DNA of 64,000 nt from Antedon mediterranea. Its lineage: Eukaryota; Animalia; Echinodermata. The stretch lies in assembly GCF_964355755.1 (NCBI RefSeq), contig NC_092679.1, positions 4,122,201 through 4,186,200 on the forward strand, read 5' to 3'. Made by a program: the position numbers and the translations under genes. The notes under the pieces were generated by a model. It was not told the origin of the DNA. It searched no databases and saw nothing but the letters and a program-made list of their open reading frames with translations. Below, piece after piece: positions 1-12,800 of this stretch (positions are counted from its first letter, which is position 1; every line of letters starts with the position of its first letter).

Positions 1-3000
1 ACTCAGCAAGTTCTGAAGTTGCACAACTTTGTCAAGGATATCGTCAATCTTATCTTTTACCCGTTGCGCCGAATCCTGACGACTTGCTGTTACAATATCA
101 ATAGATGATGCAGAAGTACTTTTTATTTCGAATGTTATCTTTTTGAGAAATGTTTTCTCTTGTGGATTGGACTCCTGATAGTTGATACGTTTTACTTCAG
201 GGTCATCATTACTAATGACATTTGTAATAGTATCTTCCAAAGATGCGTTTGGTGACTTGGAAAAGTCTTCTCGATAAAGGTCTATAGTTATATTGTTGGA
301 GTATTCCGGCATCGATATTTTAAGAATGTGAAGTCTAGCAGCATTTGAAAGCACTCGTCCGTGTTCGTTCCATGCTTTGCACGTATACCATCCATCGTGG
401 GTAAAATCTGGGCTTAATATCTCAATACTCGAACTATTTTGCCCTTGGATGGATTCCATATCTGATGACAACGACTTCTGAAAATACCATTGATAGTCTG
501 CTAGTGGCTGAGCTGAGGCTTCACAAGTGAAGTATGCACCTTCGATATTGCCATGTTCAATTTCAGTATCTTGAGGATGCTCGTTGATAATAGGAGCGAA
601 CTCAACTGTGACGTCACATTGTAACGACGACACTGACGTGACTTCATTGGAAGCCTGGCAGATGTAAGTGCCAGAATGAGATGCGTTTGCCTGTTTTATA
701 TTTATTGTGTTTGAATTAATTCCACTCAGTATTTGACCATTGAACACCCAAGCAAATGTTGGCAAAGGATTTCCAGTTGCTTGACATGCCAGAGAGAAAC
801 CCTCTCCTTCGACTGCTATTATTGTTGGTTCTGGATGCTGAATGATTGTAGGCGCTTCTAAGCATACATCATTGGAATCTTTGAGAAAAGCAACCTGATC
901 TAATACAGATATCGCGCTTATTTCTGCCTCATCAGCACTTGACAAATTACGGTTAATAAATGTTGATACAAATTCATCGAGTACAACAATATCTTCATAA
1001 CTTTCTCTACCTTCAGACAAATACCTTATAGCAATCAATTCAGTCGTTAAACAGTCGTAAAACCCTTGGCAGTCCGTCAGGCCACTGGAGTTATAAGTAT
1101 ACGTGTTCATTACAATTTCCCATTTAGTTACAATATCAGCCTCAAGTAATGATTTTGTGTTGTTTGCTTTCATCTTTGCAGAATCAATAACTTTTGTTAA
1201 AGCATTTTGTTCAACTCCGTCATCTTGATCGACGTCTTCTAAATCATTCATTGTCAGGTTGAAATACAGTAATGCACTGCTATTTACAACACGTGGCGAT
1301 GTTGATGATAGATTGTATAAGTAGTCATTTTGAAACTTCTCTTCATTTTCTAATGCATCAGTATTAGCAGCTTTGCTAATATTTACTATCTCTCGCAGCA
1401 TTTGGAATGAGGTTTCAATAAAACCCAGTATGTCGTTATAGTCTGCGCACCTTTCTTCATTCTGAACGACTCTTTGATCTCTCTGAAGACTGCTGGTAAT
1501 GTTGAGATCTAGTGAGTCATTGGTTAGAGTATAAGATAATGTTTGCATAGGTGGTTGTTCAATTATGATAATAGTATCGCGTTTCTTTCGAAGTCCAATG
1601 TGTCTCGTGTCTCTTCTTCTTCTAATTGATCTTGATACATCACCAAACAGTTCTTCTGTAATGAAGAGTGCAGCATTTTCAATAGTATAATTCAAATTGT
1701 TGACGTCAATGAATACTTGAATCTGTACTGGAGTGGCTGACAGCGTTAAGGAACAGACTATTGGAATGGTAGTGGTGTCTTCTTCAACTAGATCAATGTT
1801 AAATTGTAATTCTTCTAACTTTAAACTGTCTTCGAGCGATCCGTTGATTTGGTGTTGCTTTATGATCAGCCCTGCTTCAACATCGTTACGTATTTTGGTC
1901 AATGCATCTTGAGTATTGTTCAGATTTCTCTGTAGTGCCAACACTCTGTCTGATACTACCTTATGTTTGTTCAATGCATCATCAAGTTCGATTGCAGCTT
2001 CATTCAATGCTGCTTCTGCAACTGATGCAAGTAAAACAGCATTATCGAACTCTTCAATTGGTAGAGCGAGGTCAGGTGTTCCTTCTTGTATTTTACCAAA
2101 TAATTGACTTCGATATTTTCGGCATTGTTCGTTACTTTTAACACAACTTGCATTCGAAATTTGTACACTACAAGGAACTTCTTCTGTTTCAAATGTTGTT
2201 ATTTGACCCACGACCTCATTCCTGATACAAGTGCTACAAGACTGAAAAATAACTGTTATCGTAACGTCCTTTAGACACTCTCTACAACATTCACCTTTTG
2301 TATACGAAACTCGACTGCCCCTCTTTACTGAAGTTACTAAATTTATTGCCCCACTAAGATAGTTACCAGTATAAATGTTGAAAGCCGCTGTAACAATTTT
2401 GACTAAATTAAAACTGGTTTTCTTAACCGCTGTTGGGATCCAACAAATCCAGCAACAACTAGTTTTTTCTTTAACAACGGTTGATTCGTCTCTTTCACTA
2501 CAACATTTGTATGGTACCGATGCATAAACTTTTTCTGTAAAATTAACAATTTTACTTCCTGGTACACATACCCCACTGCATTCCTCAATTACACATATTT
2601 TTTTCAAGTTTTTTTCTAAATCCTTTATTGTATCATTGCGCGCATTTTCCAATGACCGACGTGCACTTTCAACTGCAATATTTGCTGCCACAACGTCTTC
2701 AACTGCAGAATCATGTTTTTGTCTTGCTTTAACAACATTATCATTTTGTACAGCTTCGTCTTCCAATGCATCATCTAATCTTTTTGTTGCTGTTTCAACA
2801 GACTTGGAAGCTTGGCTCAGCCTTTGTTCACTATCATCAACTGATTTCTCAGAAATTGAGAGAATTTTGTTTTTGAGGATTCTTCCCAATGATAATGGTC
2901 CTTCAGCAGCAATGTAACCATTTACAGATAGAACCATTGACTCGAATGAGCTCAATTCTGAAGTAGCATTTCCAACCATATCAAATAAGCCCCAAAGTTT

Positions 3001-3866
3001 ACCAGAAAAACTAAAATAGGTCTCCATCATTTTCAGTAACATAGTTGTCTCTTGTTCGATTCCAAGGAGTTCGACATACACTGGAATACTTCCTTGCCAG
3101 TAGTTGCTGCTGGATTCAAATGTTAAACTCAATTGCGATCCAGTCTTGATACGGATGAACTGATTGAGAATCTCAGTACTAAAGTACTCTCCTGATATCC
3201 AGACGGTCTGTGTGTGTTGAAACTCTTTCTTCACAGAATGCAAGACTTCTACCTCTAACGATGGAAAGCAAAGAAATGGTGACAGACAAACTTCCGAGAA
3301 AAGGCGAAAACCTGACCCAGAAGTACTTTCATAAGCGAAAACATTTTGTACTTCAATAAGAACTTGATTGCTGAGATTCTCTAATCGTCTGATCATATTT
3401 AGAACAGTGCTTGGATGGGAATTGCTAAGCAGTACATCATTGGCATTCCAGAGAGTTGTCAAAGTTAATTTAGACTGCATACGTATTTCAGCCAAAGAGT
3501 TGGCAATCAGTTTCAAATCTTGCTGTAATAACGCTGGGAAATAATTTTTAATAGTGGCACTCAAATCAGCGACTACAGATTTCAGATCATAATACAAATT
3601 ATCAAAGCCATCAACCATCAACTGCTCAGCCATTGCATTTAGTTGGGGCGATAGGTTTTGTAGATCATATATAATGTCTGTCATGCTGTTAAGATCAGTC
3701 GGAAGTTCCAACTTCGGTGACAAGTCATAGTCCACAAACACCTCTACATTTGGCTGGTCTGTCTTAAGCAACCAGGAGAAAGGTGTGTTGTCAAAAACAC
3801 CAAATGACGTCGATGATTCCATCCTTATTCCTCGATCAGATGAAAATGACCCATCTACCAAAAAAT
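1..3866 (-). CDS. Copy 1 giant exon 16 (partial): beta-rich region, coiled-coil/Cys hairpin, furin sites, two Ig domains
   Basis: Colinear with the 1330-aa ORF at 25034-29026; net offset differs by 27 nt, from a 24-nt and a 3-nt in-frame indel. It is probably missing from the ORF track because it has no stop inside the window; I spot-checked rather than translated every codon. Confidence 0.85.
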
Positions 3867-6800
3867 CTAAATAGACAACAATTAACTTTTATAAAATTAG
3901 AATTATCAATATCATTAGGCTTACAGTCTAGGTTATACAATCTCATAGATTTTTGTTGGTTGTAAATTGTTGGATCTTATGATGCAGTAAGACTCACCAC
4001 CAATACTGGAGCTCAATATCGGAAGATTTGCTTGATTTGAAATGAAATTCAATTCTACGTCTTCGCCAAGCATTTTCCAGAATAGGCTAATTTCGGAATC
4101 TCCAACTTGCTGCAACGTCCAACGTTGTACAAACAGATGACTAAACAGCTGTTGATATAAACATCGCATTTTTTACTCACAGAAAATGTTATACATCCTC
4201 CAAATTGATATATAGAAAATAGGCCTATAGGGTATGTATGTGTACTTTAGGCCTACGTATGTGTACTTTAGGCCTATGTATGTGTACTCGTATGTGTACT
4301 TTAGGCCTATGTATGTGTACCTTAGGCCTATGTATGTGTACTTTAGGCCTATGTATGTGTACTTTAGGCCTATGTATGTGTACTTTAGGCCTATGTATGT
4401 GTACTTCAGGCCTATGTATGTGTATTTTAGACCTACTTAAATACGGTATTGCATATTTAACTTACAAATTACTTCTGTTCACTCCACCCACGAAAGAAAT
4501 TTAAAAAATACAAAATACCTGTGTAACATTATCCAGGGAAACGTGGATATCCCCACTACCTTCGACTTTTGCAGACACCGTGTTGTTGATGTAGTAAGAG
4601 TATTGTAGATTGGCCAAAATGGTGACGTCATCCTCATTGTTTTTATCACTTGGATTGAGCAGAGAAGATTGAAATTGTGACTTATCAATTTTTCCTGGAT
4701 TGAGTATATCAGATTTTGAAAACGCAAGAAAATTCACAGATACTTCAAGAGAATCATCAGGATTAATATTCATGACGTAACTTAGGAGATCTCTTGAACC
4801 TTCTGGAAACACCATCATCACAGATCCAGATGTCATTTCACAAACACCCACAACAAAACAATATTTTCCTTTGAACGGCGGTACTGGCAAAGATACAAGT
4901 CTGCCACCAATTGTAAATTCTGCCTTAGAGAGTAAAAAGACAGAATACTGGCTGTCACTGGAAACGGGTGCAGATGAACACCATTCGATTGATTTTACCT
5001 CAGTGCCTCTAAGACTCAGTGTTGACAAAGATGTTTTAGCATTCAACGGATCTATATCTGCAGATATAAACGTCATCCAGTCTGGCAAAATATTTTCAAG
5101 TTGGCGGGTATAATTGCGATACAAAGAGTTAAACTGAACAAAGCTTTGAATATTAGCCAATTTTATATCTTTACTTTGACAGTTGTCACGTGGTGATGCC
5201 GTTGTCAAACTGCTTCGAAATGTCTGTCCATCAAGACTAAGCGGCAGTTCGAATGTGCGTGTTGTCAGTGATACAACTCCATTAGTAGTCTCTAAAGAAG
5301 GGCTATTGCTCTTTGTCCATTCTTTGGTAGAGGCATAGTCTAGTCCTGTAGGCCTACATGTGGAATGATCTGATAGTACAAAACATCCCGATGGCAGACG
5401 AAAGCCAGGTGTAAATCGTTCTTCAATATTTCCCTGCGTGTTGTTTTGGAATACGAATATTTCGTCGTCGCCTGGTGTAATGAAGTTTACTGCTTCTTTT
5501 CCTCTCAAGACATATGATACCTTGACAAACCCCTGACTATCCCCGCGAATAGAACATGTACGCTTAGTTATTTTTGAAGAAAACGATAACTCTTTTGGTA
5601 CAATATCCACTTTATCAGAATCTGTTACAATAGTTACATGAAGCACTTCATTTGGTTTGGCAATGAATTCCAAATTATAAACTTCTCCTACCCAAACGTC
5701 TGGCCAATCAGGTGTTGTTACGAATCCGTATGCGCATGTCTTTCCTGTATAACCAGTTCCAGAGCAGTCACATTGAAATCCACCTACCTCATTTTGCGAT
5801 GCTCGACAATCGCCATTTACACACGGAGTTGGCGTGCATACCTGAATTTCTAAAATAGAACAAGTATATTAGTTACTTTAAACACCGCGTTTTTCAAGGT
5901 TATTGTACCGTAAGTTTTGCTTCTCTATTTCATTTTGAAGAGAGAATACCCGTACTTTAGTGAATTACAATCTTACCAATACATTTTGGAAAAGTGCTAT
6001 TCCAAATGCCAGACCGCAGACATTTTGTAACAATGTTTTCTTCCAGGAAATATCCGGAATCACAACCAAAACTACATTTACTTCCCATTTGATTTTCGCA
6101 TGGAGAAAGAATGTATCCGTTGAGGGGCGATGAAATTTCAGGGCAGAGAATCTCTGTAAGATTATAAAAAAAGTATAAAAGCTGTTAATCGCCCATTGTG
6201 GAGTGGTAATTTGTGGAAAGATACTATCTATGTGACTGTTTTATTTTAAAGCTAAAGCCACTGAAAGTTGAGATGTACAGATATTCAGGATATTTGTCCA
6301 TACATGTACTAAGAAGATCCTCGTTTTTTTAAAAACAGAATTTAAGAAGGAATAACACAATTTCTTTAGGACAAACCTTCACAGCGTGTTCTACTACCAC
6401 TCCACACACCGTTTGGTAAACATTCTCGCAAGTCGGATCCTATTAAACGATAGTTCCATTCACACGAAAAGGTGCACGTTTCTCCTGTTGTAAATCCGCT
6501 ACATGTTCGATTTCCGTAAAAAGGTACACCGATTTCAACACAAGGGTTAGCTGTTAAAAAACACGGTGATTGTAATTGAATTAAAATTGACCATTTTTTT
6601 GTACAAAGTAACGTAGTAATAATTCAATTTTTGTATTGCCTTTTCCCTAAATTAAACAAAATCCACAATATTTATGATAGTGCTTGCGCATGAAATTATG
6701 GAGAGCCTTTGATATATCTTACCATTCAATAAATTTATGGTTACAATGAAAAGTGAAAAGGATAAGTTTAAGCAAAAATTCACTAGTCACCCGTGCAGTT

Positions 6801-9800
6801 TTTCTTATCAGGATCAAGTGTCCATCCGTCATGGCAATCGCAACTGAAGCTACCGATTGAGTTGGAACATATTTGCCCACATCCGTCTATACCAACGCTA
6901 CATTCATTAACATCTGATACCAGAAGACAAAAATACATTACTATTATCCCGCTGACTATAATAAAGCGAATGTAGAAATATCTAGTTTAAAGAAACGTCA
7001 GTAGATGTACAGTAAAAATAATGTGTTGTTGTAAGAAAGAAGTTGTATGTATTGTAGCGAGAGAACGAATCAACAACAAAATAGTTGCAGTGAAATAGAA
7101 GTATGGATATTGGAACACCTTATGTGGGCTCTGGAACCACCTACCCTTGAACATTAAACACACATCATTAATCGAGTCACTTTAAGTCACTACTCAAAAC
7201 TCACCTTTTCTGATTTTTTTCTACAGCGCCATGAGCAATGAATGTTGGAATGGCGCTATATAAATCGAACGATTGATTGATTGATTGATATGTTACTTTG
7301 ATGATTTGAGCTTTCCTTACCTTCACAGTTGTATGAATCGTAGGCTTCATATCCTGTGTGACAAAGGCACTCAAAACTACCTTGTGAATTTGTACAAATG
7401 TGACAGCTTGCGAAAGAGCATTCATTGATATCTGAAGAAAACAAATTATTACAAGATAATTGTTTTTTTTGTGATTTTGTTAAACCAAATTATTTGGAAG
7501 CTACGCTTTTGAAAAAGTGGCACACTTCTTGAGTAAAGGTGGTGCGTCCAGAGTGACGGTTCATAAGTGTTTTTTGTTCTCTTGGCTTTCTTCCTGCGAT
7601 ATGTTCACTTGTAATAGACGCTTCTTAGTTTATTATCTTCTTCTTCTTCTTCGTATTAGGAGCCAACTTCATATGTGAAGACTCTGCTCCTCCAACTCTG
7701 TTTTGCTAGCTCTACTGTATTTGGTTGAGTGGTATTATTCTATTTATTTATCTTTTACAGAGAGAAACTGACTCCCTTATTTATTTATATTAATTATTAT
7801 TATAATTATTATTATTATTGTTATTATTAGTGTTATTATTATTATTATTATCATTATTGTTATTTTTTTTCGCCTCTTTTTTTCCCCTTACTGTACTTCT
7901 CCTTTCACTTTTCTTTCTCTCTTTTCTTCTTTTCTTCCCTTTCCCTTTTCTCTTATCTATTGTTTTCGTTGTAGGCTAAAATTGATAGAGTATTTCTTAT
8001 TTATGACGTGTTTGAATACCTGTACAGTTAGTTGTTCCAGAATATCCTTCTGAACAATAACATCTAAAAGTTCCATGAAGGTTTTCACAGTAATGTTCGC
8101 ACCCGGCATTGTAGAGTTCGCATTCATTTACATCTATTTTTTTAAAAGAGTATATTTAAAATGCATATAATATAATTTTCTATTAAATGAAATATCTGTA
8201 TAATTCACTGTTTTTTTTTTACAAGACAACATTTATGACCATTCCATCACACACACGCACTATAACAGAGCATTTCACAGAAGACAAACACATTTGTTTC
8301 CTATATTTCACTTTGTCTATTAACTAAATCAAAATAAGTTGTTCTATATTTACCATGTTGACATCTACTTCCGTCATATCCTTCAGGGCAGTCGCAGTTG
8401 TTAGGTCCTGTGCACTGGCCGTTGTTCTGGCACTGAGGCTGACAAACGGCTGTAAAAAATTGTACGTAGTTTATCGGAACCGTAAAAAAAGAGAAAAGTT
8501 CAGACAACGTGATTGTTAGAGTAAGTGCGATTAATAACGCTCCACGTGACTAAACCAGGAATACTCAAGTGCTGGTGATGAGACCAATAGATAACAGTCA
8601 ATTCGGACTAAAAAAATTCGGATATAAAGCTTTGTTTACACTATCAAATTAGTTTAATAAAAGAAAGTGTGATGTGCCCAAATATGGTAGTAATATGACA
8701 TCATCGTGTCTATATAATAATTATGTACATTTTAAACGTTTGATAGTATTCACAGAGCTTTAATAATATCATAAACGTCAAAACATATATATCTTCAATA
8801 ATGATACCATGTATCATGGTATATTTTTATTTATTTGTGCTTGGACTAAAATTAACTATGGGATCTGAAATTTATGTATATAATAGACAAAATTTAGTAT
8901 CTTACGCAAACATTCGGTAAGCATTGAGAGTTCATATCCAGAGAGGCAACTACATTCAAATCCACCGTAGTTGTTAGTACATATATGAGCACATCCATCA
9001 GTGTTCTCCCAACATTCATCACCTAAAATGCAAAATTATGGCAACATAACTCATTAATTTAATTAGTCGTCATAATAAGATGGAACTTTTAACAAATATT
9101 GCAATGTGAAAAGGGTAACTATTACGTTTGTATAAATGTAAGATTTAAACGTAACGCAACGTAAGTGATTTGACCAATCACAAGCGATGGATTATTCGAA
9201 CAATTGATTGAGTTTCGTCTCTAGTGGAAAAAGAACCAAATGCCATTTCGTCATTGACGTATAAGTGTTATACTTACGATCGTCACAAGCATCTCCGACG
9301 TAGAAGTCTTCGCATTCACAATAATCTGGAGCCGTGCACTCTCCGTTAGCACATGGTGGAGTACAAGTAGCTAGAAGTATGAGTTAAATTGTTAATGTCG
9401 AAAATCGATTTAATAATTGATAAACAATATAATAATACTCAAATATTTTACTGGTCTCCACTGCAAATTTTGAAAAAAAATTTGAATTTGAAAACAAAGT
9501 TCGCCAGTTTAGACTAGTTTTAATTAGAAACCATGTTGTTGACAGCCTATTTGTATGTTGTAATTTGTAGATTAGATTGAAAATGATACATTATTTATTT
9601 CCATTCACTCAGGATATAATGATAGTATACGTACCTTCGCAGTCACGCCCATTTGCTTTCAACACATATCCCGTGTTGCATTCACAATAGTAACTTCCGG
9701 CTGTGTTCCTACAATGGTGTTCACATCCACCGTTGTTATCCGCACATTCGTCAATATCTTTAAAAACGTTTAATATTTAATTGTTATTGGTTAAAAAAAC

Positions 9801-12800
9801 CCATTGAAACACCCGCATTGCCTGGAGTGTAGACAGTATTAAAAATGTAGTACAGTATTGAAATAAAAAAGATGCTTAATATCACTTAATGCATATTAAT
9901 ATCATTTAATGCTCATTGTCAAGATTTGAACCTCATTCTCATCTAATTCCTCGTTTATTATAGTAAACTAAAGTATATATTTCATTGTTCCAAAACTTTT
10001 TACTAATTGTGGTAATATTTAATAATCTAATACGTAGAAAATGAATTTTTCTGATGTTATTACCGTAATAACAAAATTGGTAATTAATTATGTGTAACTT
10101 ACCAGAACACTGTGTTCCTTGATATCCACTGTAGCACTCACAAGTGTCAGGATCCACGCAAGTTCCACCAACACCACAGTCATCGGGTAGGCATATTGCT
10201 AAAGATCGTTATGATATAAAATACACCATAAAAGCAAATCAAAGGGTTACTAATGTACATTGGAGTAGAACAACTGTAGTAGAATGCTTTATTAAAAAGT
10301 ACAGAATGTTGTCTATGGTATTCATCATTATTAACTGGTAGGCCTTGCTGTGATACATTAGTCCCCTTTTGGGGAGCTGTCCACTTGCTGATTATCATCC
10401 ATATAACGAAACCATTATCATGTGGGCACATTATTTTATTTCGTAATATAATTCCCCATGATTACACAGAGCAAAATGAAATCCAGTTTTTTAAACGTTG
10501 TGTTATTTCTCGGCAACTTTATATATTTATCTTACTTTCAGCCAAATTGAATTTACTTGAAAATCATATCCTTTCTTGAAAGCATAAATATTTCTTCAAA
10601 ATTAAGATACTATAAAAGGCTCAAAAACAATTTCGGAGTAGATGGATACTTACTACAGACCCTTGATACTAGATATAAGCGAGCTTTAAGTCAACTAAGA
10701 CTGGGCACACTTCAACTAGAGGTAGAAAGGAGAAGATGGAAAAGAATAGAGCGCAGCAGTAGGTTATGTAAAATATGTAATATAAATGAAGTTGAAGATG
10801 AATATCATTTTGTTACAGTTTGCTCTCGTTACAAGGAAATCAGAAAAAAATTTATATCTTCTTTATTTTTTGAAAATCCAAATACTTTTAAATTCTGCCG
10901 TTTAATGTCATCACAGGATCCAATAATTATTGATAATCTATCTAAATATATTTATCATGCTTATAAGTTAAGATATATCTTTTGCTTAGAGAACGAAATT
11001 AATTAATTCATTTATCTTGTGATCATAAATTGCTTTATTTTTCAATGTAATTATTATTTTGTTAATTACTAGGGGCTAGAGGCCTAAAGTAAATAAAGTC
11101 AGGCGATAAGCCTGAATGAATGAATGAATATCGAGTAAATATGAACTCACGAATCGTACAGCCTCCTAATCCATCTTCAGCCCAGCCGCCACAGCAATAG
11201 TAGTTTGTCGAGTACACGCTCCAATACTGAAGGCGGTATGATCGGGTATATCGACGACTTAAAGAAAATAGTATTTACACATAATCACAACAGTAATGGA
11301 AATAACAAAAATGATGTAAAGAATTAATCAATTAAAAAAGGTATAACAACGCAGTTCTAAAAGAATATACTTTAGTTTTAATTCTTTCTAAAATGCCAAA
11401 ACACTATGAATTAAGCAATACTGTAAGTAGAAAAAAAAGATATGCTAACGGGCCAAAAACATTCAAGGATAGAGAAACTTACTTGGTCTTATTAAAAAAA
11501 ATGTTTTGCAGTTGAAAAATTGAATTTTCAACTTTTAATAAAAAGATTGCTGCTGCCAAATTATTTCGGAAATAATGGCTACTCCTCTGAAAGTTTCACA
11601 TTTAGGGTGGCTGAGAATGAGTTTTCTTCTACGCTGCCTTTTTGTTGAAGTTGTGAACACACAAAACAACACAACTTGAAATCGACGACTTAAAAAAGGT
11701 ATAATACAGTTCTATAATATACTGTAGTATAAATTCTTTCTAAAAATGCTAAGACGCTATGAATTAAGCAATACTGTAACTAGAACACAAAGATGTGCTG
11801 ACTGGCCAAAAATATTCCAAGATAGAGAAGAAAACATACGGGTCTTATTTTAAAAACAACACAACTTGAAATGTGAAAAAAAAACAGAAGTCGACGTCTA
11901 TGTGGTCATTCCGGGTAAATATCAAAATTCACTCTATAAAATAGTCACTCATTAATAAGCCTGACATACATGTTTTTTATTTTTTTTTATTTACTTACCC
12001 ATATGTGTTGCAGCGGCTCCAGCCAAAAGTACCACAACTCGTGGAACCTGTAGTTTGATGAGAGACTGAGTAGGACACTGTACTTGAATGTAGAACAGAT
12101 ACTTGCCTACTGCAGACATTTTCTCTAAAAAAGGTCAATTTTTTGCTTTATTTTTGAAATTTGTAAACGTTTATGATGAACAAAAATTTAACTTTAAAAC
12201 TATTATGTATCGATGCTTGTACTTTTAACATTTGTTTGTTTCAACAATATTTTACGAGGGCGGTCAATCCAGCCGAACTGAACATAACATGCAACAATTA
12301 ACAATCAAAATAAATAGATTTTATAAAAATTAACAAAATAAAATAATGCATACAATAATTAGAAAACAATAAATTAAATTGAGAGAACTGACTGCAAGCT
12401 AGCAGGCGAGAAAGAAACCCTCATCGTTTTGTTGTCGCCTCCCATTGCGGCGGCGAGCAAATTATCAGGTGAATGTGCAGCGTATACTACTTGTGGCAGG
12501 AACATACACTGAGTAATAATAATATGCATAACGTGACAACGTCTAACAAAATGAAGCAAGTATTAATTCATAAAAATGAATAAATTATTAATTCATAAAA
12601 ATTAATTACAGTACTGTTTTATTACTAATACCAAATGCCTACATCAGCTTCTATGGAAGCACAGGAGGCAAACACATTCGCTTTACAGAAAGCATACAGC
12701 CCTAGTCCTAGGTGTTTTTATGCATTGACAAAAATGTAAGGCCTAACATTTCAGAATCAAATCAAATCAAATCAAATCTTTAGAGAAGTGATATAATGAA

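Noticed and set aside
1902-2917. Plus-strand Ser/Ala-rich ORFs (also 27127-28040)
   Set aside because: Antisense shadows of the coiled-coil coding region.
4234-4504. ORFs MYVYFRP... and MCTLGL...
   Set aside because: Translations of the 21-bp minisatellite.
11681-11880. Second copy of the exon 3 acceptor region in copy 1 intron 2
   Set aside because: A local partial tandem duplication carrying only ~8 nt of exon; no alternative exon can be built.
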